A stretch of DNA of 64,000 nucleotides. Source: Streptosporangiales bacterium. Its GTDB lineage: Bacteria; Actinomycetota; Actinomycetes; Streptosporangiales; WHST01. The notes below the pieces were generated by a model, which was not told the origin of the DNA, did no database searches, and saw nothing but the letters and a program-made list of their open reading frames with translations. The stretch spans positions 1,195-65,194 of the forward strand of contig JBOHBN010000132.1 in the NCBI GenBank assembly GCA_050698355.1, given 5' to 3'. The translations under genes and the position numbers were made by a program. Within the stretch, counting starts at the first letter, position 1. Every line of letters begins with the position of its first letter. Below, piece by piece: positions 8,140 to 17,307 of this stretch.

Positions 8140-9922
8140 ACCTGCCGCTCGCGTCCGTTGCGGGCATGTCGGCGTGCCGCTGTTGCGGACCGGCGAAGCG
8201 CTCCTCGGTCAACGCGGCCGCGGCAACGTCGCCGGCGTAGTGCTTGCGGGACCGGAACAGCACGACGCCGCTGGCGAGCAGTGGCAGCAGCATGATCGCG
8301 AACGTCCAGCGCAGGCCGGGCTCCCCGCCGCCTGCTATGCGCTCGGACAGCAGGCCGAAGAGGATCGGCGCGAGCGCCTCGGCGCCTGTCTTCAGGACCG
8401 TACGCACGGACTCCGCGCGGCCCCACATCCGGTTCGCGACCACGTCGAGGCGCGCCGAGTCGAGCGCCGGGTTCGGCCAGGCGAGCGCGGCCGCGACCGC
8501 GACCAGCACGGGCAGCGCGATCAGCAGGTTCTGCGTGACCAGCACCACGGGCAGCATCAACGGCACGGCCATGTAGCCGGAGGCGCCGACGAGCATGCGA
8601 CCGGAGAACCGACCCCTGCGTACGAGCCAGTCGCCCACCCGGCCGCCGAACAGCACGCCCAGGACCGCACCGGCACCGATCACCACGAAGACGACGGCGA
8701 CCACCGCGTTGCCGAGACCGAAGTGGCCGCCGATGAACAGGAAACCAAAGGACTTCAGGCCGGCGAAGAAGAAGTACCCCAGGGCCGAGGACACGATCAG
8801 CGCGACGTTGCTCGGGATCTTGAGCACGTAGGCGACCGCCCGATGTATCGGCATCCGCGCCGGGTCCTCGGCGGTGAGGGAAGCCTTGGTGGGGGTGATT
8901 CCGGCGTCTTGGACGCGCTCGCCGACCGAGCGGTCGTCGACCTCCTTCTTCACCCGGTGCCTCGGGCCCGGTGCCTCGACCGGTTCCAGCCGGTCCTGAC
9001 CGCCGCGCTGCGGCTCCCGCACGCGCCAGACGAAGTGGGCAAGGACTACCGCGGGGATCGCGAAGACGAAGAAGACCGCGCGCCAGGGCAGCACCGCGGT
9101 GATCATGCCGGCGACGACGAAGCCGAGTCCGGTACCGAGCAGCTCGCCGGCGAGGACGAAACCGAGCACCCGGCCGCGCTCGTGCGGGAAGAACAGGTCA
9201 CCCACCAGGGACGCGATGACCGGCCCCGCGGCGGCGACCACGAAACCGAGCGCGATGCGGGAGTAGATCAACCACTCGTACGACGGCGCGGCGCCGCTCG
9301 CCACCATCGCCGCTGCCCACAGCACGACCGCCAGCGTGAGCAGGCGGACCCGGTTGAACCGGTCGGCGAGCATGCCCATCGGGAGGGTTCCCACACCGCC
9401 GGCGAGCGCGACGACCGCCACCAGCAGACCGATCTGGGTGTTGCCGATACCCAGATCGGACTTGATCAAGTCAGCCGCGGCGCCGATGGCGGCGGTATCC
9501 GCGGAGGACAGTGCGAGTACGGCGGCGAACAGGACGATGATCCGCTTGCGCGCCGGACCACCGACCATGTCTGTGATCTTGCTGTCCGCGGCGCGGCCGG
9601 CTCGCCGGGTGAAGCGCGCGGTGAACCTCGCGCCGATGCGTACGCCCATGCCTCCCACGACCGCGGCGCGTTTGGCCGAGTCGCCGACGCGATCCTGCCA
9701 GTTCTCGGAGTCCGATCCGTCATCCTCGGCCGACTGGCGGGGCGCGGCTCCCGGCGGCCCGCTGGGTGGGGCGCCGTCGCCCGATTGGGAGGGTTGTCCA
9801 GACATTCCGGGCGCGCCGTGCGAAGCGTGCCAGGGTGGCCATTCCGGCGGCGGTCCCTGCGGTATGGGCGTGCCGGACCGGGCGCCCTCGTCGGGGTCGC
9901 CCGGATGCGTTGGTCCCGGCAC
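8132..9922 (-). CDS. MFS transporter with a Pro/Gly-rich N-terminal extension
   Basis: There are 12 predicted TM-like hydrophobic segments, the MFS signature GMLADRFNRVRLL after TM2, and a second GDWLVRRGR motif. The first ~130 aa are low-complexity, so the true start may be internal (e.g. MVGGPARKR). Confidence 0.8.
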   Translation of the reverse strand: MPGPTHPGDPDEGARSGTPIPQGPPPEWPPWHASHGAPGMSGQPSQSGDGAPPSGPPGAAPRQSAEDDGSDSENWQDRVGDSAKRAAVVGGMGVRIGARFTARFTRRAGRAADSKITDMVGGPARKRIIVLFAAVLALSSADTAAIGAAADLIKSDLGIGNTQIGLLVAVVALAGGVGTLPMGMLADRFNRVRLLTLAVVLWAAAMVASGAAPSYEWLIYSRIALGFVVAAAGPVIASLVGDLFFPHERGRVLGFVLAGELLGTGLGFVVAGMITAVLPWRAVFFVFAIPAVVLAHFVWRVREPQRGGQDRLEPVEAPGPRHRVKKEVDDRSVGERVQDAGITPTKASLTAEDPARMPIHRAVAYVLKIPSNVALIVSSALGYFFFAGLKSFGFLFIGGHFGLGNAVVAVVFVVIGAGAVLGVLFGGRVGDWLVRRGRFSGRMLVGASGYMAVPLMLPVVLVTQNLLIALPVLVAVAAALAWPNPALDSARLDVVANRMWGRAESVRTVLKTGAEALAPILFGLLSERIAGGGEPGLRWTFAIMLLPLLASGVVLFRSRKHYAGDVAAAALTEERFAGPQQRHADMPATDASGRFT

Positions 9923-10057
9923 GTCTCACTCTCCTTCACCGCACATGGCGCCTAATCGAACGCTACGGCGTACGACGCGCTCGTGGCGCGCGAGGTCGAG
10001 GAATTCCGGGACGTCGAGCGAGTTGCCACGAAGCAGCGGGCGTGGTCCGCTGTCGGC

Positions 10058-10468
10058 ATGGACATTGCCAAGGCCACGGAGTTCGTGCGCACCAACAACC
10101 GCGGCATCCTGATCACCCGCCGCCCGGACGGCGGGGCCCAGCCCTCGCCGGTGCTCGCCACGATCGACGCTGAAGGCGCCCTCGTGGTCAGCACCCGGGA
10201 GCCCGCGTACAAGGTGCGCAACCTGCGTCGCGATCCGTACGCGACATACTGCGGCTTCACCGACCAGTTCTTCGGCGACTGGGTACGGATCGAGGGCCCC
10301 GTCGAGCTCGTCTCGCTGCCCGACGCGATGGACGGGCTGGTGGCGTACTACCGAGCGACCGCGGGCGAGCACGAGGACTGGGATGCGTACCGTGCCGCGA
10401 TGGAACGGGAGCGCCGCCTGCTGGTGCGGGTGCATATCGAGCAGGCGGGCCCGGATCGCGCCGGATGA
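10058..10468 (+). CDS. PPOX-class F420-dependent oxidoreductase (pyridoxamine 5'-phosphate oxidase fold)
   Basis: MDIAKATEFVRTNNRGILITRRPDGGAQPSPV...KVRNLRRDPYATY...RVHIE is the typical PPOX-class F420 enzyme pattern. ATG 10058 was chosen inside track ORF 9983..10468. Confidence 0.7.
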   Translation: MDIAKATEFVRTNNRGILITRRPDGGAQPSPVLATIDAEGALVVSTREPAYKVRNLRRDPYATYCGFTDQFFGDWVRIEGPVELVSLPDAMDGLVAYYRATAGEHEDWDAYRAAMERERRLLVRVHIEQAGPDRAG

Positions 10469-10471
10469 GCG

Positions 10472-11293
10472 ATGCCCGAGGGTGACACGGTCTGGCTCAC
10501 GGCCAACCGACTGCACACCGCGCTGGCGGGCCGGGCGCTCACCACGACCGACTTTCGGGTACCGCGGCTTGCCACTACCGACCTCAGCGGGCGGGACGTC
10601 CGGGAGGTCGTCCCCCGCGGCAAGCACCTCCTGACCCGGGTCGACGGCGGGGTGACGCTGCACAGCCACCTGCGGATGGACGGCGCCTGGCACGTGTACA
10701 GGCCCGGCACGCGCTGGCGGGCGCCGGGCTGGCAGGCCCGGGTGATCCTTGCGAACGCGGAATGGGAGGCCGTCGGCTTCCGGCTGCCGGTTCTGGAGCT
10801 GTTGCGCACCGGTGAGGAGGAGCGGGTCGTCGGCCACCTCGGTCCGGACCTACTCGGCTCGGACTGGGACGCGGCAGAGGCGGTGCGCCGGCTGCGGTCC
10901 GCCCCCGATGAGCCGATCGGGCTCGCGCTGCTCGACCAGCGCAACCTCGCCGGGATCGGCAACCTCTACCGGACCGAAGCGCTCTTCCTGCACGGCGCGA
11001 GCCCGTGGACCACGGTGGCCGAGGCCGGTGACCTCGACCAGCTGGTGGACATCAACAGGCGGCTGCTGCTGCGCAACCGGGACGACTGGCCGCAGGTCAC
11101 CACCGGCGACGCGAGGCGTGGACGCGAACACTGGGTGTTCGAACGCGCGGGTCGGCCGTGCCGGCGCTGTGGCACGCGCGTGCGTACCGCACGCCAGGGC
11201 GACCAGCCGATGGATCGGGTGACGTACTGGTGTCCGCGTTGCCAGCGCGGACCACGCCTGGACCCCGGGCGGTTTCCGCGCGCCTTGCGGTGA
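10472..11293 (+). CDS. nei: Fpg/Nei-family DNA glycosylase, endonuclease VIII (Nei2-like)
   Basis: The N-terminal MPEGDTVW is as in mycobacterial Nei2. There is an H2TH region (LLDQRNLAGIGNLYRTEALF) and a C-terminal zinc finger CRRCGTRV...YWCPRCQ. Confidence 0.85.
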   Translation: MPEGDTVWLTANRLHTALAGRALTTTDFRVPRLATTDLSGRDVREVVPRGKHLLTRVDGGVTLHSHLRMDGAWHVYRPGTRWRAPGWQARVILANAEWEAVGFRLPVLELLRTGEEERVVGHLGPDLLGSDWDAAEAVRRLRSAPDEPIGLALLDQRNLAGIGNLYRTEALFLHGASPWTTVAEAGDLDQLVDINRRLLLRNRDDWPQVTTGDARRGREHWVFERAGRPCRRCGTRVRTARQGDQPMDRVTYWCPRCQRGPRLDPGRFPRALR

Positions 11294-11294
11294 G

Positions 11295-11326
11295 CCCGGT
11301 CGGCTACCGCGCAGTAGCCGACCGGG
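11295..11326 (+). terminator. stem-loop immediately after the nei stop (13-bp perfect stem)
   Basis: CCCGGTCGGCTAC-cgcgca-GTAGCCGACCGGG starts 2 nt after the TGA at 11291-11293. There is no U-tract. Confidence 0.5.
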
Positions 11327-11555
11327 GTCCCAACCCGGCAGCGTTGTCACCGGTAGGCGATGCCCTCGCCCGGCGGCCACGAGTACTTGCCGCGATGAGT
11401 TCCTACCTCCTACGACCTGCAGGCCATGAGAAGTGGGCACTCGTCGTGGGAAGCGCCGCCGCGCACTCGGGTGGCGCCAGACCGGACAACGGACCCTGAC
11501 CTCGTATCCGCCGCACCCGGTGCTGCTGGGCTACGATCTGGATCTGACGTCGTAG

Positions 11556-12386
11556 CTACCGGACAGCGCGGCGCCATGCCCGCCACGGGCGCGGCGGCCG
11601 CAGCAGCGCCGGCAGGTGGAGGCCGCGCCTGGCGCCCGGCCCGGTCCCGAACCCGCCCACACCGCGGCGGGCGAGATGCATGCCGGCGAGGCCGGGAAGC
11701 CGGTCGACCTTGCGATCGACCTGCTCGACCACCGCGATGCCCTCGGCTCCGGTGAGCAGGTAGCCGAAGGCGAAGGCGCTCTCGGACCGCGGTTGGATGC
11801 TCGATCCCACGGGCGTCCACGCGGCGCGCAGCGCGAACCGCGCCAGGCGGCGGGCCGTCGCGGAGCGCTCGAGCCGGTGCCGTGTCTGCGCTCCGAAGAA
11901 CGCACCGCCCTCCTCGGCGGTGCGCTCGATGCGTTCGATCAGCTGCGCCAGCACCGGGTGCGGCTCCAGCGCGCGCAACCGCTGGTACGCCGCGAGCGTG
12001 CACCACGCGTTGACCGCGCCCCACGCCATCTGCACGGCGACGTAGTCGTCACCGATCGTGTTGGCGAGCAGGGACTGCCCGACCGGCATCCACCGGTCCT
12101 TCAGCCCCTGCGCGCGGCGCACCTGTCGCACGCGCTGGTCCCGGGCCGGCAAGCCGTGCATACGCAGCACCTCGCCGAGCGCCTCGCCGTGCCAGTACTC
12201 GCCGTACGCCCAGTGGATGAGGAACTCGGTTACGCGGGCGTCCTTGTGCGACGGGGTGACCAGCAGGTCGCGCAGGTAGAGGATGGTGTGGCTCTCGACG
12301 TCGGCCATGTAACGCACCGCGCGCAGAGCCCCGTTACTGAGCGGTTGGTCGCGGAACGCGGCGTAGTCGAGGTCGACGTGCTTCAT
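11556..12386 (-). CDS. hypothetical protein, all-helical; possibly ferritin-like / di-iron fold
   Basis: Track ORF 11556..12782. I prefer ATG 12386 (MKHVDLDYAAFRDQPL...). Spaced E/H pairs (DVESHT, YGEYWHGE) hint at a di-metal helical bundle, but I do not recognise the family. A 7-bp hairpin (11530-11556) overlaps its stop. Confidence 0.45.
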   Translation of the reverse strand: MKHVDLDYAAFRDQPLSNGALRAVRYMADVESHTILYLRDLLVTPSHKDARVTEFLIHWAYGEYWHGEALGEVLRMHGLPARDQRVRQVRRAQGLKDRWMPVGQSLLANTIGDDYVAVQMAWGAVNAWCTLAAYQRLRALEPHPVLAQLIERIERTAEEGGAFFGAQTRHRLERSATARRLARFALRAAWTPVGSSIQPRSESAFAFGYLLTGAEGIAVVEQVDRKVDRLPGLAGMHLARRGVGGFGTGPGARRGLHLPALLRPPRPWRAWRRAVR

Positions 12387-12474
12387 CCGCTCCGCGTCCT
12401 GGCGAAACCTGCTCAGGTCCACGGTCGGACCGCTGCGGTCGGATCCGGTCGTGTCTCGGGTCAGGTGGGACGGG

Positions 12475-12804
12475 TCAGGCCGCAACGCCGGCGACCACCC
12501 GGTCGGTGACGACGTCGGAGAGCTCGTCCTCGAGCGACTCGGGAACCGATTCGGGGACCATGGCCAGGCGGGTCTCCTCGAGCGCCAGCTCGTCGCTGAC
12601 GTCGCGCAACACGTCGGACATCCGGGCACCGAGCGCCACGCAGATCGCTGCGAGCAGCTCCGAGGAGGCTTCCTTCTGCCCTCGCTCGATCTCGGAGAGG
12701 TAACCGAGCGAGACGCGCGCAGCCGTAGAGATCTCACGGAGGGTGCGCCCCTGCCGCATTCGATGCCGTCGAAGCACGTCACCGAGGGTCTGACGAAGCA
12801 TCAT
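12475..12804 (-). CDS. clgR: XRE-family HTH regulator, ClgR-like
   Basis: [55 protein letters not shown] is the ClgR-type HTH. There is a strong RBS AAGGAGGGAG 6 nt before ATG 12804. The position next to cinA-pgsA matches other Actinobacteria. Confidence 0.75.
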   Translation of the reverse strand: MMLRQTLGDVLRRHRMRQGRTLREISTAARVSLGYLSEIERGQKEASSELLAAICVALGARMSDVLRDVSDELALEETRLAMVPESVPESLEDELSDVVTDRVVAGVAA

Positions 12805-12893
12805 GGGCGGCTCCCTCCTTCCTGCTCCACAGATACTGCCATGTCCACCGTATCCGGATGAGGCGTCGCATGAGTTCTTCCCATAGCGAAACG

Positions 12894-13394
12894 TCAAGAG
12901 GTTGCGTGAACTTCCCCGCGTAAGAGGCCAAGGACGAGCTCCAACGCGGCGTCCACCGCGCGGTCGCGGGCACCGGACCTGTCCGCGGCGGGCAGCCGCG
13001 GCGCGGCCGTCGCCGTCCCCAGCGGGCAGGCCACCGCGAGGTGCAGCGTACCGGGCGGCTGCCCATCCTGCGGGTCCGGTCCGGCAACCCCGGTGAGCGC
13101 GAGGCCGTACGTGGCGCCGAGCAGGCGGCGCACCCCCACGGCCATCGCCCTAGCAACGTCTGGGTGTACGGCCCCGACGCGGGCCAGCAGCTCGCCGTCC
13201 ACGCCGAGCACCTCGTGCTTCACGGCCGTCGCGTACGCGATGACGCCGCCGCGGAACGTCACCGACGCGCCCGGCTCCGCGGAGAGCCGGCCCCCGACCA
13301 GGCCGCCGGTCAGCGACTCGGCGACCGCGATGGTGGCGCCGGCCGCGCGTAGCGCCGCGTGCACATGCGCGGCAAGCGTGCCGTCAGCCTGCAC
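12894..13394 (-). CDS. cinA: CinA-family nicotinamide-nucleotide amidohydrolase (PncC domain only)
   Basis: [31 protein letters not shown]...LALTGVAGP is the canonical CinA C-terminal domain. 166 aa. Confidence 0.85.
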   Translation of the reverse strand: MQADGTLAAHVHAALRAAGATIAVAESLTGGLVGGRLSAEPGASVTFRGGVIAYATAVKHEVLGVDGELLARVGAVHPDVARAMAVGVRRLLGATYGLALTGVAGPDPQDGQPPGTLHLAVACPLGTATAAPRLPAADRSGARDRAVDAALELVLGLLRGEVHATS

Positions 13395-13397
13395 GAC

Positions 13398-13991
13398 CTA
13401 GTCGCCCCGCCGCACGGCGAGGGCCTTCCACACGTAGTCGATCCCGGTGACCACCGTGACGACGAGGGCGGCGAGCATCACGACCTCCTCGCCGATGTTC
13501 AGCGCCGTCCAGTGCAGCGGCAGGATGTACAAGATGATCGCCGAGATCTGCAGGACGGTCTTCAGCTTGCCTCCGGCGCTGGCGGCGATGACCCCGCGCT
13601 TGATCACCCAGAACCGCAGCAGGGTCACCCCGACCTCGCGCAGGATGATGACCGCGGTGACCCACCACCACAGCTCGCCGAGTACGGACAGTCCGACCAG
13701 CGCCATACCGGTCAGCGCCTTGTCCGCGAGCGGGTCCGCGATCTTGCCGAAGTCGGTGACGAGGTGACGACGCCTCGCAAGCTCACCGTCCACGTGGTCG
13801 GTGATGGAAGCGACGATGAAAACCGCGAGCGCGCCGACCCGCCACCAGCCACCGCCCGGGTGCAGCAGGAGCCAGCCGAACAGCGGTACGAGGAGGACGC
13901 GCGCGGCCGTGATCGCGTTTGCCGGGTTGACGAGCGGTGCCGTGCCAGCGACCGTGCCGGAGTCGTCAGCGGGGCTGCTGCTACTAGCCAT
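13398..13991 (-). CDS. pgsA: CDP-diacylglycerol--glycerol-3-phosphate 3-phosphatidyltransferase
   Basis: Carries the CDP-alcohol phosphatidyltransferase signature DHVDGELARRRHLVTDFGKIADPLADK and is a multi-TM protein of 197 aa. Confidence 0.9.
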   Translation of the reverse strand: MASSSSPADDSGTVAGTAPLVNPANAITAARVLLVPLFGWLLLHPGGGWWRVGALAVFIVASITDHVDGELARRRHLVTDFGKIADPLADKALTGMALVGLSVLGELWWWVTAVIILREVGVTLLRFWVIKRGVIAASAGGKLKTVLQISAIILYILPLHWTALNIGEEVVMLAALVVTVVTGIDYVWKALAVRRGD

Positions 13992-14047
13992 GGTGCGGCT
14001 CCAGGGTCGCGGCGGACGACCGTCTCATACCCACCGTTGCGACTACG

Positions 14048-15499
14048 CTACCCGCGCTCACGCACGTCCAAAGGTTCGGCGATCAGGTCCACGCCCTCGG
14101 TCCCGACCACTCGCGCCTCGACGAGGCCACCGACCCGGGCCGGACGCCCACGCATCGTGACGGTCGTCGTGCCGTCCACCTCCGGACCCTGGTGGTCCGC
14201 GCAGCCCTCCACGGTGTCATCGTCGACCTGCTGGACGAGCACGGTCACCCGTTCGCCCACCCGTTCCTCGGCACGCTGCGCGACGAGCTCGTCGGCGAGG
14301 GCGGCGACGCGCTCGACGCGCGCGGCCACGACCTCCGCCGGCAGCTTGCCGTCGTATCCGGCGGCCGCCGTGCCGTCCTCGTCGGAGTAGCCGAACACCC
14401 CGATGGCGTCCAGACGGGCGTCACTCAGGAAGCTCTCGAGTACTTCGACGTCGTGCTCGGTCTCGCCGGGGAAGCCGACGATCACGTTCGTCCGCGCGCC
14501 CGCCAGCGGCGCCCGCGTACGGATGGACTCGAGCAGGCCCAGGAACCGCTCAGCGTCACCGAAACGGCGCATCCGGCGCAGCACAGGGCCGCTGGCGTGC
14601 TGGAAGGACAGGTCGAAGTACGGCGCCACGCCGGGGGTAGACGCGATCCGCTCGACGAGGCCCGGACGCATCTCGGCGGGTTGCAGGTAGCTGACCCGCA
14701 CGCGAGCGATGCCGTCGAGCCCGCCCAGCTCACCAAGCAGCGGCTCGAGCAACCGCATGTCGCCGAGGTCCTTGCCGTACGAGGTGGAGTTCTCGCTGAC
14801 CAGGAGGAGCTCCCGCACGCCCTGACCCGCGAGCCAGCGAGCCTCGCCGACGATCTCGTCCGGCGGGCGGGACACGAACGCGCCACGGAAGGTGGGAATC
14901 GCGCAGAAGGCGCAGCGCCGGTCGCAGCCGGAAGCGAGCTTCAGCGGCGCAACCGGGCCGGAGGTGAGCCGGCGCCGTAACGGCCGGGGGCCGCCCAGGC
15001 GCCCCGGCAGGCCGACCTCGGCACTGTCACCGCGGGCGTCGCCGTGTCCCGGCACCACGGTGCGGCTCGCCTGCCGGTCGACCGGCGTGACCGGGAGCAG
15101 GGTCCTTCGGTCCTGCGGGACGTGCGGAGCCGGGGCGTGGCCCGCGACGACGTCGTCGAGCCTGGCAGCGATATCCGGGTAGTGGTCGAAGCCGAGGACG
15201 CTCGCCTCGGGCAGTTCGGCGGCGAGGTCGCGGCCGTACCGCTCCGCCATGCAGCCGACTGCGACGACGTGGGGCCGCGCCCGGTCGGCGTCCGTGTCGG
15301 CGGCGGCGAGCAACGTGTCGATCGACTCCTGCTTCGCACCCTCGACGAACCCGCAGGTGTTCACCAGCACCGCGTCGGCGGTAGCGGCGTCGTCGACCAG
15401 CGACCACCCGCCGTCCTCGAGGCGGGCGGCGAGCTCGTCGGAGTCGGCCTCGTTGCGGGCACAGCCCAGGGTGACGAGGGCGACGCGGCGGTCAGACAT
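14048..15499 (-). CDS. rimO: ribosomal protein S12 methylthiotransferase RimO (radical SAM MTTase)
   Basis: [27 protein letters not shown] (MTTase N-domain, RimO-type), radical-SAM [11 protein letters not shown], and a C-terminal TRAM-like region. ATG 15499 was chosen inside track ORF 14048..15541. Confidence 0.8.
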   Translation of the reverse strand: MSDRRVALVTLGCARNEADSDELAARLEDGGWSLVDDAATADAVLVNTCGFVEGAKQESIDTLLAAADTDADRARPHVVAVGCMAERYGRDLAAELPEASVLGFDHYPDIAARLDDVVAGHAPAPHVPQDRRTLLPVTPVDRQASRTVVPGHGDARGDSAEVGLPGRLGGPRPLRRRLTSGPVAPLKLASGCDRRCAFCAIPTFRGAFVSRPPDEIVGEARWLAGQGVRELLLVSENSTSYGKDLGDMRLLEPLLGELGGLDGIARVRVSYLQPAEMRPGLVERIASTPGVAPYFDLSFQHASGPVLRRMRRFGDAERFLGLLESIRTRAPLAGARTNVIVGFPGETEHDVEVLESFLSDARLDAIGVFGYSDEDGTAAAGYDGKLPAEVVAARVERVAALADELVAQRAEERVGERVTVLVQQVDDDTVEGCADHQGPEVDGTTTVTMRGRPARVGGLVEARVVGTEGVDLIAEPLDVRERG

Positions 15500-15557
15500 C
15501 GTGGAAACCCTACGGGACGCGGTCCGCCCCCTGGCGGGCACCGACCACCCCGCTCAC

Positions 15558-15609
15558 GTGATCATGAAAGATCGTCGCAGCTATAGCTGCGACGATCTTT
15601 CATGATCAC
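15558..15609. repeat. copy B of the 52-bp repeat: a perfect 52-bp palindrome
   Basis: GTGATCATGAAAGATCGTCGCAGCTA|TAGCTGCGACGATCTTTCATGATCAC. The second half is the exact reverse complement of the first. It lies between the sigma-factor stop (15616) and the rimO start (15499). Confidence 0.95.
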
Positions 15610-15615
15610 CGGGTA

Positions 15616-17166
15616 TTAGTGGCCGCGCCCATGCCCGCCGCCGTGGCCGACGCAGATGTCCAGGACCGGGAGCTGCACGCAGATCCCCCGCGGTCCGGGA
15701 TAGTCGGTCGGCGGCTTGGGTGAGTGGCTCGGCGGCTTGGGCGGCTGTGGTGGGTGCGCGGGCGTGGTCTCGTTCGGCGGTGGTTTCGAGTGCGTGGGCT
15801 CCGGATGCGTCGGGTCCGGCTGCGGCGTCTGGGGCGGCTTGCTGGAGGTCGACTCGCTCGCGGTGGGGTCCGGCGCGGGTTGCTGCTGGTGTGTCGGTGG
15901 CTGGGTGGTCGGCTGGCTTGCCGGTGGGTGGGTGGCCGGGGTGGCCGCGGCGGCGGGCGCCGTGCTGGGCTTGCTGTTCTTCGTACCCGACTTGGACTTC
16001 GGGTGCTTCGACGGTGGCTTCTTGTGCTCCCCACCCCCGGAGCCGCCGGAACCACCGCCTCCGCCGCCGGAACCGCCGCTGCCGCCACCTCCGCCCGCGC
16101 CGCCACCGCCGGTGGTCGCGCTCGGGTGGCTGCCGGCATCGAGCAGGCTCTCGCTACCCACGGTCGCCCATGCGGTCGCGCCGAGCACGAGCACGAGCCC
16201 GACGACCACCGCGGCCGCCGCGGCGGGATTGCGTACCGTGCGCTGCCACCAGTGCCAGGCACCGGGGACGAACCCGAAGAGCGCGCCGTGCCCCGCGGCC
16301 GTGAGGTACGGGACCGCCGCGCCGCCCAGGACGATCGGCGCGAGCACGGAACGGAAGCCGGCGTTGACCTCGATCAGGTCCAGGTAGACGACCCGGCACG
16401 AGTCGCACGTGTCCAGGTGCGTGCGGACGCGACCGCTCTCCCGGCTGCCGAGCTTGTCACGCACGTAACCGCCGAGCCGCTCGGTGCACCACCGGCAGTC
16501 CTTGCCCTCGGCGACCGCGAGGTGCTCTTGCAGGTAGAGCTGGCGCAGCCGCTCCCGGGCCCGGTAGGCGATCGCGGACACGGCATTGGGATTGAGGCCG
16601 AGCAGCGGAGCGACCTGGGCGGCCGACTCGCCCTCGACCTCGGTGTGCCACAGCACCGCCTGCCAGCGCTGCGGCAGGCCGGCGAAGGCGCGTGCTGCGT
16701 ACGTCTGGTCGAGACCCCGCACGACGGGGTCCTCTTCCTCCGGTACCCGTGGCTCGAAGTCGGCGACGTCCTCGACCGGCTGTAGCCGGGCACCGGCCCG
16801 GCCACGGTCGACGTGAACCCGGCGCAGCGTGGTCAGAAGGTACGCGCGGACGGCGGACTCCGGGCCGCCACCACCCGTAACCGCGGTAAGCATCCGTGCG
16901 AACGCCTCGGATACGAGGTCGTCGGCCTCGGCCTTGTCGCGTGAAAGCACCCTGGCCAGCCGGATGGCGGCCTCGACGTGCCGCCGGTAGACGGCCTCGT
17001 ACGCGTCGGCGTCGCCGTCGCGAACCGACGCGAGCAGGGCGGCGTCGCTCGGGGCCTCCGGCTCGATCGCGGGGCCGCCGCGTTCACCGTCCGGCCGGAC
17101 ATGACGACCCGCCCGCGAGCGCACCTGCCCAACTCGCGGCTCCCCCGTATACCTCTCCTGAGCCAC
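15616..17166 (-). CDS. ECF sigma factor fused to a zinc-finger anti-sigma-like domain, TM helices and a Gly-/Pro-Thr-Lys-rich extracytoplasmic tail
   Basis: The sigma-70 region 2 and 4 pattern is present (DADAYEAVYRRH..., SAAQVAPLLGLNPNAVSAIAYRARERL). It is followed by HLDTCDSC (zf-HC2 HxxxCxxC) and two hydrophobic helices. Next come GGGGAGGGGGSGGSGGGGGGSGGSGGG, a long P/T/K/Q-rich region, and the ending CVQLPVLDICVGHGGGHGRGH. Confidence 0.8.
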   Translation of the reverse strand: MAQERYTGEPRVGQVRSRAGRHVRPDGERGGPAIEPEAPSDAALLASVRDGDADAYEAVYRRHVEAAIRLARVLSRDKAEADDLVSEAFARMLTAVTGGGGPESAVRAYLLTTLRRVHVDRGRAGARLQPVEDVADFEPRVPEEEDPVVRGLDQTYAARAFAGLPQRWQAVLWHTEVEGESAAQVAPLLGLNPNAVSAIAYRARERLRQLYLQEHLAVAEGKDCRWCTERLGGYVRDKLGSRESGRVRTHLDTCDSCRVVYLDLIEVNAGFRSVLAPIVLGGAAVPYLTAAGHGALFGFVPGAWHWWQRTVRNPAAAAAVVVGLVLVLGATAWATVGSESLLDAGSHPSATTGGGGAGGGGGSGGSGGGGGGSGGSGGGEHKKPPSKHPKSKSGTKNSKPSTAPAAAATPATHPPASQPTTQPPTHQQQPAPDPTASESTSSKPPQTPQPDPTHPEPTHSKPPPNETTPAHPPQPPKPPSHSPKPPTDYPGPRGICVQLPVLDICVGHGGGHGRGH

Positions 17167-17307
17167 TCCACCGAAGCATACGGAAACTCGAAAAAGTTCG
17201 GGGAAGTCGCGTCATACCGCCCGGCCTGCGCCGTCCCCTCATCAACGGAGTCTCCGCCCCCGCCGGATCGAAACCGATCGGCCGGTGGGGTCGGCCGAGC
17301 GCCGGAG

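Noticed and set aside
11330-11411. An SD-like AGGAGG (minus strand, 11411-11406) in the 260-bp convergent gap after nei could head a small ORF.
   Set aside because: No ATG, GTG or TTG lies at a usable distance or frame (the nearest is ATC). The only open frame continues from the spurious 11410..12024 ORF after a TAG. It is left unexplained.
11529-11558. GCTACGATC...GATCTGACGTCGTAGC next to the stop of the 11556..12386 gene resembles the interior of the 52-bp repeat.
   Set aside because: It is short, needs a 4-nt indel and a permuted order, and lacks the diagnostic GTGATCATGAA termini. It is more simply a 7-bp terminator hairpin.
15558-15609. The TCATGAAAG half-sites of the 52-bp repeat resemble the actinobacterial Zur box (TCATGAAAATCATTTTCATGA-like).
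   Set aside because: The two half-sites are 26-30 nt apart instead of adjacent, no flanking gene is zinc-related, and four copies share precise 52-bp boundaries, which fits a repeat element rather than a regulon operator.
15700-16150. DNA-level repeats (GGCGGC/GGTGG runs and a CCGCC periodicity) could be a satellite or VNTR.
   Set aside because: They correspond to the Gly-rich and Pro/Thr-rich low-complexity coding region of the sigma-factor tail, and I could define no exact tandem unit.
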